Source of the DNA: Chiloscyllium plagiosum
Lineage: Eukaryota
DNA length: 64,000 nucleotides
Direction: 5' to 3'
Assembly: GCF_004010195.1 (NCBI RefSeq)
Contig: NC_057757.1
Location: 3,357,851-3,421,850, forward strand
Shown: positions 1 through 13,478 of the stretch, in pieces
Position numbering within the stretch: position 1 is the first letter of the stretch
How the letters are laid out: each line of letters starts with the position of its first letter
Notes under the pieces: generated by a model
The model's database searches: none
Seen by the model: only the letters and a program-made list of their open reading frames with translations
Told to the model about the DNA's origin: nothing
Program-made: the position numbers and the translations under genes

Positions 1-929
1 ATAGGTCGAGGGAGAGAGTCAAAGAGCTGGGAGTATACTGTTTCGAGCAAGAGTGTTAAGGGACATCAAATTGACGTGCTTACAATAAGGAAGATAGGGA
101 GAAGCAACCTCCACTGAGTCATCAAGATAGGGAGCAGTCATAGAGATTATTACAAGGGCCAACGCTAACAGGACACTCAGAGGAAATTGCAAAAGTGGAG
201 AATGATATGGGCCATGTGCTGGCAAATGGGACGAGATTAGGATATCTGGTCAGTATGGAGGAGTTGGATCGAAGGGTCTGTTTCCGTGCTGTACATCTCT
301 ATGATGCTATGACTGTCACCTTTAATGTGATTAGCCTATCTGCCTGCAGCAGAATGAGAAGCGCAAGGAATACAAAGTGGGAAAGAAAAGGAACATAGAC
401 TTGGAGTGTCATTACTACATATCAAAGCCTGTTTCTCCCAGGAGACCATTCTGGAGTGGTGGAAGAACACTCAGGCTGATTAAAAGTCTGACAGTACACA
501 ACACAAACACTCGATAGCAGCTGAAAGGATGGCAGGTTGCTGAAGCCTTCGCCCTAACCAACCGAAGGAGTCACCCATGCTCAAACAGAATTCAGCAAGA
601 GTGAGCTCCTTAAGTGCACAAAGCAAACCATCGAGTGACAAGGGAAAACCTGACAACTGCTGAGGCAAAGACTCTACACAGAAACCGAGATAGATTGGGA
701 CAAGTAGAGTACAGACACGTACTGAACCAGCCCCTGTTTGCAAAGCCCAAAACAAAATGCGTGCTTGTTAGATGTGATCTGCAATTGGGCAGTATTTTCT
801 GAACAGTCCCAAGTGTGCCAAAAGCAATACTAATAGCCAATTGAAGATAAGTAGTTGAACTTGTAATGTGGCTCATTTGTGCTCTCCAGGCATTTAGCAC
901 ACTTGCTTTCATTGCTCAGACATAGAATA

Positions 930-2015
930 TAGAACATTACAGTACAGTACAGACCCTTCGGCCCTCAATGTTGCACTGACCTGTGAAACCAATCTGAAGC
1001 TAACCTACACTATTCCATACTCATCCATATGTCTATCCAATGACCATTTAAATGCCCTTTACGCTGGCAAGTCTACTACTGTTGCAGGCGGGGCATTCCA
1101 CACCCCTACAACTTTCTGAGTAAAGATACTACCTCTGACGTCTGTCCTATATCTATCCTCCCTCAATTTAAAGCTATGTCCCCTCGTGCCAGCCATCGCC
1201 ATCTGAGGAAAAAGGCTCTGTCCACCCCATCTAACCCTCTGATCATATTCTATCTCTCAATTAAGTCACCTCTCAACCTTCTTCTCTCTAACGAAAACAG
1301 CCTCAAGTCCCTCAGCCTTTCCTCATAAGACCTTCCCTCCAGAGCAGGCAACATCCTAGTAAAACTCTCCTGAGCCTTTTCCAAAGCTTCCACATCCTTC
1401 CTATAACACGGCGACCAGAACTGTATGCAATACTCCAAGTGCCTCCGAACCAGAGTTTTGTACAGCTGCAGCATGACCACATGGTTTCGAAACTCAATCT
1501 CTCTACCAATGAAACTAAAACACTGTATGCCTTCTTAACAACCCTATCAACCTGGGTGGCAACTTTCAGGGATCTTTGTACATGGACACTGAGACCTCTC
1601 CACTCATCTCCACTACCAAGAATCTTACCATTTGCCCAGTACTCTGTCTTCCTGTTACTCCTTCCAAAGTGAATCACCTCACACTTTTCTACATTTGCCA
1701 CCTTTCAGCCCAGGTCTGCAGTTTATCTATGTCCCTCTATAACTTACAATGTCTTTTGGCACTGTTCACAACTCCACTGACCTTAGTGTCATTTGCAAAT
1801 TTACTAACCCATCCTTTTATGCGCTCATCCGGGTCATTTATTAAAATGATGAACAGCAGTGGCCCCAAAACAGATCCTTGTGGTACACCACTAGTAACTG
1901 ACTTCCAGGATGAACATTTCCCATCAACCACAACCCTCTGTCTTCTTTTCAGTTAGCCATTTTCTGATCCAAACCACTAAATCATCCTCAATCCCATGCC
2001 TCAGCATTTTGTGCA
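930..2015 (-). mobile_element. CR1-like LINE 3' fragment (degenerate RT and tail)
   Basis: Peptides SGVPQGSVLGPLLF, KFANDTK, LEYCIQFWSPCYRKD, LFSLERRRLRGDLIE, broken by frameshifts. Confidence 0.9.
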
Positions 2016-2017
2016 AT

Positions 2018-2580
2018 AGAGTTGAGTACAGGGGTTGGGATGTCATGTTGCAGCTGTATAGGACATTGGTGAGGCTTCTTCTGGAATACTGTGCACAGTT
2101 CTGGTCGCCCTGCTATTGGAAGGTTACTATTGAGCTAAAGAGGCTTCAGAAAGGATTTTCCAGGATGTTGCCATGTATGGAGGGTTTGAGTTATAAGAAG
2201 AGGCTGAGACCTTTTTTACTGTAGCATAGGTGACCTTACAGAGGTTTATAAAAGCATGAGGGGAGTAGACAGAGTTAATGGGGGGGTGTCTTTTCTCAGA
2301 GATGGGGGAATTTCAAGATTAGGAGGCATATTCTTAAGGTGAGAGGAGAAAGATGTTAAAAAAAGACGAAGGGCTGGTTCACGTTAAATGAACTTCCTAA
2401 GGAAGTGGTGGATGCGGGAACAGGTGCAACCTTTAAAAGACATTTGGATAAGTTCATGAATAGGAAAGGTTTGGAGGGATATGGGCCAGGAGTAGGCAGC
2501 TGGAGCAGGTTTATTTTGGGATAATGGTTGGCATCGGCTGGTTAGACTGAAGGATCTGTTTCCATGCTGTATGATTCTAA
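2018..2580 (+). mobile_element. CR1-like LINE 3' fragment
   Basis: LEYCAQFWSPCY peptide and CTGTATGATTCTA-type tail. Confidence 0.85.
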
Positions 2581-2904
2581 ACGTGGCATGCACGCAAACA
2601 CATTCATATGCATTTTGTTTTGCAAATAAAAGGAACATGATGAAGGCTTGAGCCTTTTTGGCATTATCAATTAGTTTAAGGTAGACTGTTGCTGTGTACA
2701 TGGTTGTGCTTGCGTGGTCTTGTCTATAACTTTACAATTCAGCAGTCTGATGGAGTATTCTCTATGTACTACTAACACTCAACCACTCAACATCACCCAG
2801 GTCAAAGCAAACTCCTTCACTGACACCCGATTTACCACCTTCAACATTCACCTCCTCCACCATGGACACACAGTAGCAGCAATGTGCACCACTTACAAGA
2901 TGCA

Positions 2905-3440
2905 CAGAATCCCTCCCATGTGGAAGCAGGCCTCTTGTTCCATTGAGTCCACACTGAACCTCCAAAGAGCATTCCACCGACACTCTCCCCCCTATCCCTG
3001 TAACCTTGCATTTCCCATGGCTAATCCACCCAGCCTATACCTCCCGAGGTGCAATGGGGCTATTTAGCACGGTCAATCCACTCTAACCTGCACAACTTTG
3101 GACAGTGGGGATAAACCGGAGCACCCAGAGGAAACCCACGCAGACATGGGGAGAATGTGAAAACTCTACACAGACACCCAAGGCGGGAATCGATCCCAAG
3201 GTCCCTCCGGGTGCTCCGGTTTCCTCCTACACTCCAAAGATGTGCGGGTCAGGTGAGTTGGCTATGCTAAATTACCTATAGTGTTAGGTGCATTAGTCAG
3301 AGGGAAATAGGTCTGGGTAGGTTAGTCTTCGGAGGGTCAGTGGGGACTTGTTGGCTGAAGAGCCTGTTTCCACACTGTAGGGGAATCTAATCCAATCCCT
3401 GGCACTGTGAGGCAGCAGTGCTAACTGTTAAGTCACTGTG
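2905..3440 (-). mobile_element. HE1-like SINE interrupted by an opposite-strand 5'-truncated copy (~3206-3395)
   Basis: V-SINE-type core GGGTTTCCTCCGGGTGCTCCGGTTTCC seen on both strands. TCCCT flanks the inner copy. Confidence 0.75.
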
Positions 3441-3971
3441 GGTTGACTCTTCAGCTTTGGATGCTTAGGATCAGGCAATAAAGGCTGGTCTTGCAAAACA
3501 AAAATAATAAAAGTTGATCGAGCCAACATCGCCTACAGCCCATGAACGAAAAGAAAGGACAAAGACTTTTTTTTGTAAACCAACCCATTTGCCACCTGCT
3601 TTCCCAATTAATTTTCCACATAATGGTCAGGCCGTGGGACGTTTCTGAGCAAAACAACCTTGGAGTGAAGGTCCATAGTTCATCGAAAGTAGAGTCGCAA
3701 GTAGACAAGATAGTGAAGAAGTATGCTTGGTATGCTATTGATCAGAGTATAGGAGTATAGGAGTTGGGAGGTCATGTTGTGGCTGTACAGGACATTGGTT
3801 AGGCCACTGTTGGAATATTGCATGCAATTCTGGTCTCCCTGCCATAGGAAAGATGTTGTGAAACTTGAAAAGGTACAGAAAAGATTGAAAAGCATGCAAG
3901 GTTTGTGAAGGTTTGTAGCTCAGGTTGAGGTTTAGGGTGTAGGTTTGCTCGCTGAGCTGTAGGTTTGAGAT

Positions 3972-4011
3972 CCAGACGTTTCACTACCTGGCTAGGTAAT
4001 ATCATCAGTGG
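3972..4011 (-). ncRNA. Minimal type I hammerhead ribozyme motif (Penelope-associated)
   Basis: CCA-CTGATGA-T-ATTACCT-AGCC-AGGTAGT-GAAA-CGTC-TGG: intact core, stem II hairpin, 3-bp stem I, GUC cleavage triplet. Confidence 0.7.
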
Positions 4012-4519
4012 CGACCTCCAAGTGAAGCGAAGCTGTTGTCTCCCTCTTTCTATTTATATGTTTGTCCAGGATGGGGTTCCTGGGGTTTGTGGTGATGTCA
4101 TTTCCTGTTCATTTTCTGAGGGGTTGATAGATGGTATCTAGATCTATGTGTTTGTTTATGGCGTTGTGGTTGGAGTGCCAGGCCTCTAGGAATTCTCTGG
4201 CATGTCTTTGCTTAGCCTGTCTCAGGATAGATGTGTTGTCCCAGTCAAAATGGTGGGTTTTTTTTCATCTGTGTGTAGGGCTTGCACAAACACTACGTAG
4301 GACAAACAGGAAGAAAGTTAGCCACCAGGACACACGAACACCAACTAGCTCCAAAAAGACACAACCCTCTCTCCCTCGTAGCCCTACACACAGATGAAAA
4401 AAAACCACCCCTCAGAAAATGAACAGGAAATGACATCACCACAAACCCCAGGAACCCCATCCTGGACAGTGATATAAATAGAAAGCAGGAGACAACAGCA
4501 TCGCTTCACTTGGAGGTCG

Positions 4520-4559
4520 CCACTGATGATGTTACCTAGCCAGGTAATGAAATGTCTGG
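4520..4559 (+). ncRNA. Minimal type I hammerhead ribozyme motif (second arm)
   Basis: CCA-CTGATGA-T-GTTACCT-AGCC-AGGTAAT-GAAA-TGTC-TGG. Confidence 0.6.
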
Positions 4560-6789
4560 ATCTCAAACCTACAGCTCAGCGAGCAAACCTACACCCTATT
4601 GACAAGCATGATGCCAGGGTTGGAGGGTTTGGGTTTTTGGGAGAGGCTGAACAGACTGGGGCTGTTTTCCCTGGAGCATCGGAGGCTGAGGGGTGACTGT
4701 AATGAGGTTTATAAAATCATGAGGGGCATGGATAGGATAAATAGACAAGGTCTTTGTTTCCCCAGGATAAGGGAGTCCAAAACGAGAGGGCATAGGTATA
4801 AGATGAGAGGGAAGGAGTTAAAAAGGACCTAAGGGGCAACGTTTTCACACAGAGGGTGGTGCGTTTATGGAATGAGCTGCCAGAGGAAGTGGTGGAGGCT
4901 GGTACAATGACAACATTTAAAAAGCATCCGATGGCTACTTGAATAGGAAGGATTTCGAGGGATATGGGCCAAATGCTGGCAAATAGGACGAGATTAATTC
5001 AGGATGAGTGGGACTGAAGGGTCTGTTTCCGAGTTGTAGATCTCTATGACTCTAATTATGACAAGTAAATGCAACAGCGCTATGAACAATGTTAACATTG
5101 TCCAGATGGATTGAAATCTGCCTTGACAGGCCAACACTAAAGATCTAGCGAAGGTTCATCAGACTGATTCCTGGGATGGCAGGACTGACATATGAGGAAA
5201 GCCTGTGTGAGAAACAAAGCTCACTCACTTCAATAATTTCAGTCCGAGATAAGATCTGAATCAGTAGTGTCCGGCCTTGTCTGTGACAAAATGCTTATTT
5301 CTGGTCTCACAAGGCCATTTGACCACATCCCGCTGTGGGCCATTGTTAGGTATATCCTTTCTTCACCATTATCTATTCCCTCCATCTGTGCTTTCCCCAA
5401 CCATACTGATCCTTATGACCCCTTTTAATTGGGGTTTGTTCCTGTGTTTCTGCAAAAGTGGGAAACAGATGCTGATAACTACTGTTTGTGCAAGCATATC
5501 TGGCTTAACCTACATCCTCACAGCACCTTATCTATTTGTCTGTAACATCTACCATTGTTTTGCAGTCACGTTTCATTCTTGCATACAATTTTAGCTAATA
5601 CAAAAACAATTATATATTTCCTCCACATAGTTTGCATTCTTGTTGACCCTGCTCTTAGTTGAAACAATTATACACTGGTGTGAGTTCATTTACCTTGCAT
5701 AAGTAATTATAATTGCAGAAGTAACACTACTTTACCTATATCCCACAACCAGATCGACTGGGCTTGTACTCACTGGAATTTAGAAAAATGAGGGGGGTTC
5801 TCATAGAAATATATAAAATCCTGACAGGATTGGACAGGCTAGATGCGGGAAAAATGGTTCCTATGTTGGGGTATGTCCGAACTGGGGGTCACGGTCTAAG
5901 AATAAGGGGGTAAGCCATTCAGAACTGACATGGTGAAGAGTTTCTTCACTCAGAGAGAGTTGGGAACCTGTGGAATTCTCTCCCACAGGAAGCTGTCGGG
6001 GCCAGTTCATTAGCTATATACAAGAAGGAGCTGGATGTGACCCTTGTGGCTCAAGGGGTCAAGGGGTAATGGAGGGAAAGCAGGAGTGGGATACTGTACA
6101 TCAGCCATGGTCAGATTGAATGGTAGGGGCAGATTCGAAGGGCTGAATGGCCCACTCCTACTTTCTCCCTTTCTATCCTCACGCGTCTACGATGCCGAAA
6201 AAAAACAGAATTAAAAACAGTGACTGAAAGTTGAGTAATTGGAGGATGAAAGTTAAATTGCCACAGAGTAGAATGCCTGTGGGCTGCGGGGGGGAAATCA
6301 AAGCAATCCACTTATTAGAGATTGCAAAATGTTGTAATGTTCCTGAACTGTTTCTCAAAGCACAAAATGCTCTGATCGATTGGATGTGCGTAGTTGCTGA
6401 CGTCAGCGCCATTGCAATTTCAACCTCCATGCAATTAGAAAAACATGGTTTTTGTTGTTTTGATTTTGTTTTGTGAATGAAAACACGGGCGATTCATCTT
6501 CAGCCTTGACATGATCCTAACAGGAAGGAGGGTGTAACCTCCTCCCTCAGTTCAGAGCCAGGGCACCGAGTGGGGACTGGGACACTTCCAGACCATCCAC
6601 GGCAAGAGGTGTTCCTGGGTCAGGAACAGAGCCCAGTGAAAGAGGAGGGAGAAGGCAAAGAGCGAGGAGGGGGCGGGGAAGGGAGCTGAGGGAGAAACGC
6701 TAGGAACTCTGATGCAAGGAGGGGGACCCAGAGAGAGGGGAAACAACCAAATATAGCAGAGGGAGAAATGTCAATCAGCAGAGGGGCCA

Positions 6790-8260
6790 GCTCATGTCAG
6801 GAAGGTAGCGGGGAGAGTGAAAGGATGAGCGAAGAGAGAGAGAGAGTGGGAGGGAAGAGAGTGAGAGAGAGGGTGGGAGAGAGAGGGAGACATAGAGAGG
6901 GGGAGAGACTGGGCAAGGAGATACTGGGCGAGGAGAGAGATTGGGAGAGGAGTGGTGGAGAGTGAGACAGTGGGAGAGGAGGGGGTAGACAGAGATAGGA
7001 GAGGCTGGGNNNNNNNNNNNNNNNNNNNNNNNNNNNNNNNNNNNNNNNNNNNNNNNNNNNNNNNNNNNNNNNNNNNNNNNNNNNNNNNNNNNNNNNNNNN
7101 NNNNNNNNNNNNNNNNNNNNNNNNNNNNNNNNNNNNNNNNNNNNNNNNNNNNNNNNNNNNNNNNNNNNNNNNNNNNNNNNNNNNNNNNNNNNNNNNNNNN
7201 NNNNNNNNNNNNNNNNNNNNNNNNNNNNNNNNNNNNNNNNNNNNNNNNNNNNNNNNNNNNNNNNNNNNNNNNNNNNNNNNNNNNNNNNNNNNNNNNNNNN
7301 NNNNNNNNNNNNNNNNNNNNNNNNNNNNNNNNNNNNNNNNNNNNNNNNNNNNNNNNNNNNNNNNNNNNNNNNNNNNNNNNNNNNNNNNNNNNNNNNNNNN
7401 NNNNNNNNNNNNNNNNNNNNNNNNNNNNNNNNNNNNNNNNNNNNNNNNNNNNNNNNNNNNNNNNNNNNNNNNNNNNNNNNNNNNNNNNNNNNNNNNNNNN
7501 NNNNNNNNNNNNNNNNNNNNNNNNNNNNNNNNNNNNNNNNNNNNNNNNNNNNNNNNNNNNNNNNNNNNNNNNNNNNNNNNNNNNNNNNNNNNNNNNNNNN
7601 NNNNNNNNNNNNNNNNNNNNNNNNNNNNNNNNNNNNNNNNNNNNNNNNNNNNNNNNNNNNNNNNNNNNNNNNNNNNNNNNNGAGAGATAGAGAGAGGGAG
7701 AGAATGGGCAAGGAGAGACTGGGTGAGGAGAGAGTGAGAGAGGTGAGTGGGAGATGATGGAGTGAGAAAGGAGAGAGAGAAAGGGAGGGGAGAGTGGCAA
7801 AGAAGAAAGTGAGAGCGGGAGATAGTGGGAGCGGTGAGAGAGTGAGACAGTGGTAGAGGAAGAATGAGAGAGTGAGGGAGTGAGAAAGTGGGAGAGGAGA
7901 GTTGGGAGAGTGAGGGAGAGTGGGAGAGGCAAGAGAGAGGCAAGAGTGACAGAGTAAGAGTGGGAGAGGAGAGAGTGAGAGAGGACAGCGAGTTGAAAGA
8001 GGGAACAATGGGAGAAGAGAGAGAGTCAGAAAAACTGATAGCACTGGGTGAGAGAGGAGAGAGTGAGAGAGCAAAAGGTAAGAGAGGATGATGTGAGAGG
8101 AAAGACAATGAGAGAGCGGAGAAAGTGGGAAGGGAAAAAGGCAGACAGGATAGAAAAAAAAATTAAACAAAATGGAACCATAAAGAATTGGGAGAAAATA
8201 CAGACGATGTAGAGAAAGTAGGAATACAGAAGGGAAAATTGAGAGAAAAATCATGAAAAA
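6790..8260 (+). repeat. GA-rich polypurine low-complexity tract spanning the gap
   Basis: Degenerate (GA)n/GGGAGA sequence on both sides of the gap. Confidence 0.9.
7010..7681. other. Assembly gap (672 N)
   Basis: Run of N flanked by GA-rich low-complexity sequence. Confidence 1.
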
Positions 8261-9499
8261 CATAACAAGCTTTTTGACAGGCGGGGTGATTAATACTTAG
8301 TCATATCCCGCACCACCTGCTATAACTGAACATTAGGAACAAGCTCCAGTGGAATTAACTTCCAAACGAAAGAGAGAGAGACGTGAGACAGGATGAATAA
8401 TGATTTAGAATAGGGCAGAATAGAGAGAACAATCAGCAGGAGGAAGGGGTTCAGGGCCAGAAAGCAGAGGGTGATTATACACTCACCACTGAATCAGACT
8501 AACATTAAAAGCGCAATTGCAAATATGATATCAGAGGAACAGTTAGGAGGGTTTGGGTTGACTTAATTCTTTCTGTACGGAATTGGGAAAATTGTGTTTT
8601 TTCTCTCAATGTTGAAACAGACATGGCACATTTACAAATTTACTCTGATTTAGATGGACGATGCGAATCAATTACTGGGAAAGAGCAGAAAGAAAAGAGA
8701 GCAGAGTGTGGGTGTGAGAGAGAGCAGAGAGAGAATGGGGAGGGAAGAGAGAGACAAAGAGTAGGACAGAGGAGAGAAAGAGTAAGAGAGGAGACAGAAA
8801 GAATGAGTGGGAGAGAAAATGGGTTGAGGACAAAAGAAAAGGAAAACAAAAAAAAACTAAGGGGAGGCAGAACAGCAGAGATTAAAACCAGAAAATGCTG
8901 GAGAATCTCAGCAAATCTGGCAACGTCAGTAGGGAGAGAAATTGAGCTGGTATTTGGAGTCCAATATGATTTGTTTTATTTGGAAAGTAACAGAGAGTGT
9001 GATTGAAAACAGTATGATTTAATGTTCGGCAGTATGTACAAAACAGAAACCCCAGTGGGAGATCAAAATTCCATTTCATTCTCTCAGTCATAACCTACAA
9101 CAAATAAATTAAACTTTAAAAGCACTCCGGTTGTGGTCTCCTTTCCGTTTTGAATTATCTAAAGCTGCTGATCCCAGGAAATAAACAGGTCATATAATGA
9201 CCAATTGCTCCTAATGCCATCAAACACAGGCAACTGAAAATGTACCACATTTTTAAAATAAGCTTTCACTTCCAAAGGTACTGAGGGAAGGCTGGTTAGG
9301 GTCGATGTCCGCTCTGGAACCTACTTGTCAATCAAATAAGGCTGCCAGGAACTGATAGGGGGGATGAGGAAAGTATCTGTTAATTGTGCTAAAAGGCAGC
9401 TGCTGGCATATTTGGGAAAAGACTGACTGGGGTATGTATCACTTCTGAATTGAACATGGTCAGCAGCAAAGATTTCCCATACATTGACTTAGGGTCTCA

Positions 9500-11855
9500 C
9501 TTGGAGTTGGAAGAGTGTGTCCTGTTCCGGTCACCCTGCTATGGGAAAGATATTATTAAACTGGAGAAGGTTCAGAAAAGATTTACCAGGATGTGGCTGG
9601 GAATGGAGGGTTCAAGCCAAAAGGAGAGTTTGGGACCTCTTTCACTGGAGTGTATGGCGTTGAGGGGTCTGAACTTATAGAGGATTATAAAATCATGAGG
9701 GTCATAGATAAGGTGAATAGCAAAAATCTTTGCTCTAGGGTGGGGGAATTCAAAGCTAAGGGGTATATTTTAAGGTGAGAGGAGAAAGATTTAAAAGGGA
9801 CCTGAGGGGCAACCTTTTCACACAGAGAGTCGGTCACATGTGGAATGGACTGCCAGAGGCTGTGGTAGATGTAGGTACAGTTACAGCATTGAAAGCACGT
9901 TTGGATAGGTACATGGATAGGATAGGTACCTGGCTAGGATAGGTACATGGATACATTAGGTACATGGATAAGACAGGTACATGGATAAGATAAATACATG
10001 GATAGGATAGGTACATGGATAGGATAGGTGCATGTATAAGATAGGTACATGGCTAGGATAGATACATGGATAAGATAAGTACATGGATGGGATAGGTACA
10101 TGATAAGATAGATACATGGATAAGATAGGTACATGGCTAGGATAGGTACATGGCTAGGATAGGTACATGGATAAGATAGGTACATGGATAAGACAGGTAC
10201 ATGGATAAGACAGGTACATGGATAAGATAGGTACATGGATAGGATAGATACATGGATAATACAGGTACATGGATAACATAGGTACATTGATAAGATAGGT
10301 ACATGGATAAGATAGGTACATGGATAGGATAGATACATGGATAAGATAGGTACATGAATAGGATAGGTACATCGACAAGATAGGTACATGGCTAGGATAG
10401 ATACATGGATAATACAGGTACATGGATAAGATAGGTACATAGATAGGATACATACATGGATATGATGGGTACATGGATAGGATAGGTACATGGATAAGAT
10501 AGGTACATGGATAAGATAGATACATGGCTAGGATAGATAAATGGATAGGATGGGTACATGGATAGGATGGGTACATGGATAGGATAGATACATGGATAAA
10601 ATAGGTACATGGATAGGATAGGTACATGGATAAGATAGGTACATGTATAGGACAGGTACATGGATAAGATAAATATATAGATAAGATAGGTACATGAATA
10701 GGCCAGGTGCATGGATAAGATAGATACATGGATAGAACAGGTACGTGGATAAGATAGGTACATGGATAGGATAGGTACATGGATAAGATAGGTACATGGA
10801 TAAGACAGGTACATGGATAGGACAGGTACATGGATAGGACAGGTACATGGGTATGATAAGTACATGGATAGGACAGTTACATGGATAAGATAGGCATGTG
10901 GATAGGATACATACATGGATACGATGGGTACATGGATAGGATAGGTACATGGATAAGATAGGTACATGGATAAGATAGATACATGGCTAGGTTAGATACA
11001 TGGATAGGATGGGTACATGGATAGGATGGGTACATGGATAGGATGGGTACATGGATAAGGTAGGTACATGGCTAGGTTAGATACATGGATAGGATGGGTA
11101 CATGGATAGGATGGGTACATGGATAGGATAGATACATGGATAAAATAGGTAGATGGATAGGACAGGTACATGGTTGGATAGGTACACGGATAGGATAGGT
11201 ACATGGATAGGACAGGTACATAGATAGGACAGGTACATGGATTAGATTGGTACATGGTGAAGATAGGTACATGGATAAGATAGGTACATGGATAAAATAG
11301 GTCCATGGATAGGAAAGATACATGGATAAAATAGGTACATGGATAGGATACATACATGGATAACATAGGTACATGGATAAGATAGGTACGTGGATAGGAT
11401 AGGTACATGGATATCATAGGTACATGGATAGGATAGAAAAATGGATAGGATGGGTTCATGGATAGGATAGGTACATGGATAAGATAGATACATGGCTAGG
11501 ATAGATACATGGCTAGGATAGATACATGGATAAGATAGGTACATGGATAGGATGGGTACATGGATAGGACAGATACATGGACAGGGTAGGTACACGGATA
11601 AGATAGGTACATGGCTAGGATAGATACATGGATAGGATAGGTCCATGGATAGGATTGACACATGGATTGAATAGGTACATGGATAGGATGGGTACATGGC
11701 TCGGATAGATACATGGATAGGATGGGTACATGGATAAGATGGATACATTGATTGGATACGTTTAGATGGATATGAGTCAAATGAGATGGTTCAGTTTAAA
11801 GAACATGAGTTGGGCCAAAGGATCTGTTTCTGTGCTGTATGACTTCATGACTCTA
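9500..11855 (+). mobile_element. CR1-like LINE 3' fragment hosting the minisatellite
   Basis: SPCYGKDIIKLEKVQKRFTRM peptide upstream of the array. CR1 3' tail resumes at ~11760. Confidence 0.85.
9903..11760 (+). repeat. 17-bp minisatellite (GGTACATGGATAGGATA / GGTACATGGATAAGATA), roughly 100+ units
   Basis: Directly visible tandem periodicity. Explains the MYLSYPC-repeat ORFs. Confidence 0.97.
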
Positions 11856-12074
11856 AAAGCCTGGAGCATGGATGTCAAGAAGAGCAGAGATCTGAAGGCC
11901 AAGGTGGGTACAATGACAACATTTAAAAGACATTTGGATAGGTACATGAATAGGAAATGTTTAGAGGGACATGGGCCAAACACAGGCAAATGGGACTAGT
12001 TTAGTTTGGGGAACTTGGTATGGACGAGTTGGATTGAAGGCTCTGTTTCCATGCTGTATGACTCTCTGACTCGA

Positions 12075-12830
12075 TAACCTGTTGGCCTTGCATCAATAGC
12101 TACCTTGACATGGAGCCTGAGATTGCGGCCAGCATTCATTCAGCTCACATGATGTAGCCAACAGAGTTCGCCGCACTCTTCGGAGGGTGAAAATGCTGGG
12201 AATCCGTGCACGCTTGTGTACTTCTATACCCTATACTGTCTCTTGGCAGGAGATAGTCAATCTTCATTTACAGCAGTGGGGATGAGGACTGTTTCACCAT
12301 TGCTGTGGCCTTGCATGTGTTGCCCATGCTCTTGCTACTAATGGAGGATGATGCTAAGGATAGAAGCCTGGTACACGTGAAGCTTTACATTGTTGGTTAG
12401 TTTTCTGTCAGTCCATTTAATCTCTTGTGTTTTGCAAGACAACCAGAGCCTTGGTAAACCCAGTACTGAGTTTGGCATCGAGTGATACGTTGCTGATAAT
12501 TGTTAATCCAATTGTTGACTTGAAGCTGTCAGTACGGACCAGAATAAGATTTTTGGTGCTGGTGGAAGATGGTAATCTTGGTCTTTCAGAGGCTGATTGT
12601 CTGTCCAACCTACTTGCAGCTCCATAAGAGCCAATCTACAATGTTATTGCAGGTGAAATACAAAACAATGTTGCCTCCTCAGCAAACAACAGCTCACAGA
12701 ATAGGGCATCATCAGTTTGGTCTTGGTGCACAGTCTTGCTAGGTTGAACGGCCTTCCATCAAGAAACTGGGAGTTATTAGCAGCATCCCTTAGTAGCACA
12801 AGCTGGGTATTGATGAGACCGCAACTGTGC
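12075..12830 (-). mobile_element. Degenerate RTE-like LINE fragment
   Basis: DGRPFNLARLCTKTK and NVSLDAKL...TKA remnants typical of the RTE-clade RT C-terminal region. Confidence 0.55.
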
Positions 12831-12914
12831 ACTTAAGAAAAGATGTAATTGCATCAGAAGCCATGTGGAGAAGGAAGTTCCTGCAATGAAGATGTTCCTT
12901 TATGAGTCAAAATT

Positions 12915-13100
12915 CGGAGATGCCGGTGTTGGACTGGGGTGTAAAAAGTTAAAAATCACCCATCACCAGGTTATAGTCCAACAGGTTTAATTGGAAGCTT
13001 TCAGAGCCACTATCACCTGATGAAGGAGCATCACTCCGAAAGCTAGTATGCTTCCAATAATATTGGACTATAACCTAGTGTTGGGTGATCTTTTACTTTA
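12915..13100. mobile_element. Short palindromic Penelope-derived element with hammerhead core
   Basis: Inverted arms CCAGGTTATAGTCCAA / TTGGACTATAACCTAG. CTGATGA-A-GGAG-CATCA-CTCC-GAAA at 13017-13041. Confidence 0.6.
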
Positions 13101-13478
13101 TGAGGAATGGGTACACAGGTTGAGCGAGACAGAGAAAACATCACCCTCCAGTGGAGAGAACAATTCAAAGAACTCCTAAACCAGAATGCAATAATTGATG
13201 AGAAGTTTGAGGGAATTTCCGAACTGCCAATGGAAGATAGCCTTGGACTCCCTCCTACTATGACAGCTTCCATTAGACACATGAATAATGGAAAAGCTAT
13301 CAGGAGTAGATGATAAATAATGGAGACCTTCAAACATGGAGGAGCTGACCAAAATGTGAAGCTGTGGACATGATTTTCACTATTTGGCAACCGCAAGAGA
13401 AATGCCAGGGACAGCACCACCACTCTACATCGCCTTCATCAATCTGACCAGAGCTTTTTGGCTCAGTCAGTCTAGAAC

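Larger units (their letters stand above)
3898..4597. mobile_element. Penelope-like foldback element with 13-bp TSD
   Basis: Inverted arms ~3934-4125 and ~4405-4597. TSD ATTGAAAAGCATG (3885-3897) / ATTGACAAGCATG (4598-4610). GIY-YIG C-terminal remnant (REFLEAWHS on the minus strand). Confidence 0.8.
3650..5055 (+). mobile_element. CR1-like LINE 3' fragment interrupted by a foldback insertion
   Basis: CR1 peptides (GLFSLEHRRLRGD) resume after 4598. Confidence 0.85.

Noticed and set aside
6775..8263. 260-490 aa ORFs
   Set aside because: They span the N gap and low-complexity GA/TC sequence.
9834..11780. Many long MYLSYPC-repeat ORFs
   Set aside because: By-products of the 17-bp minisatellite.
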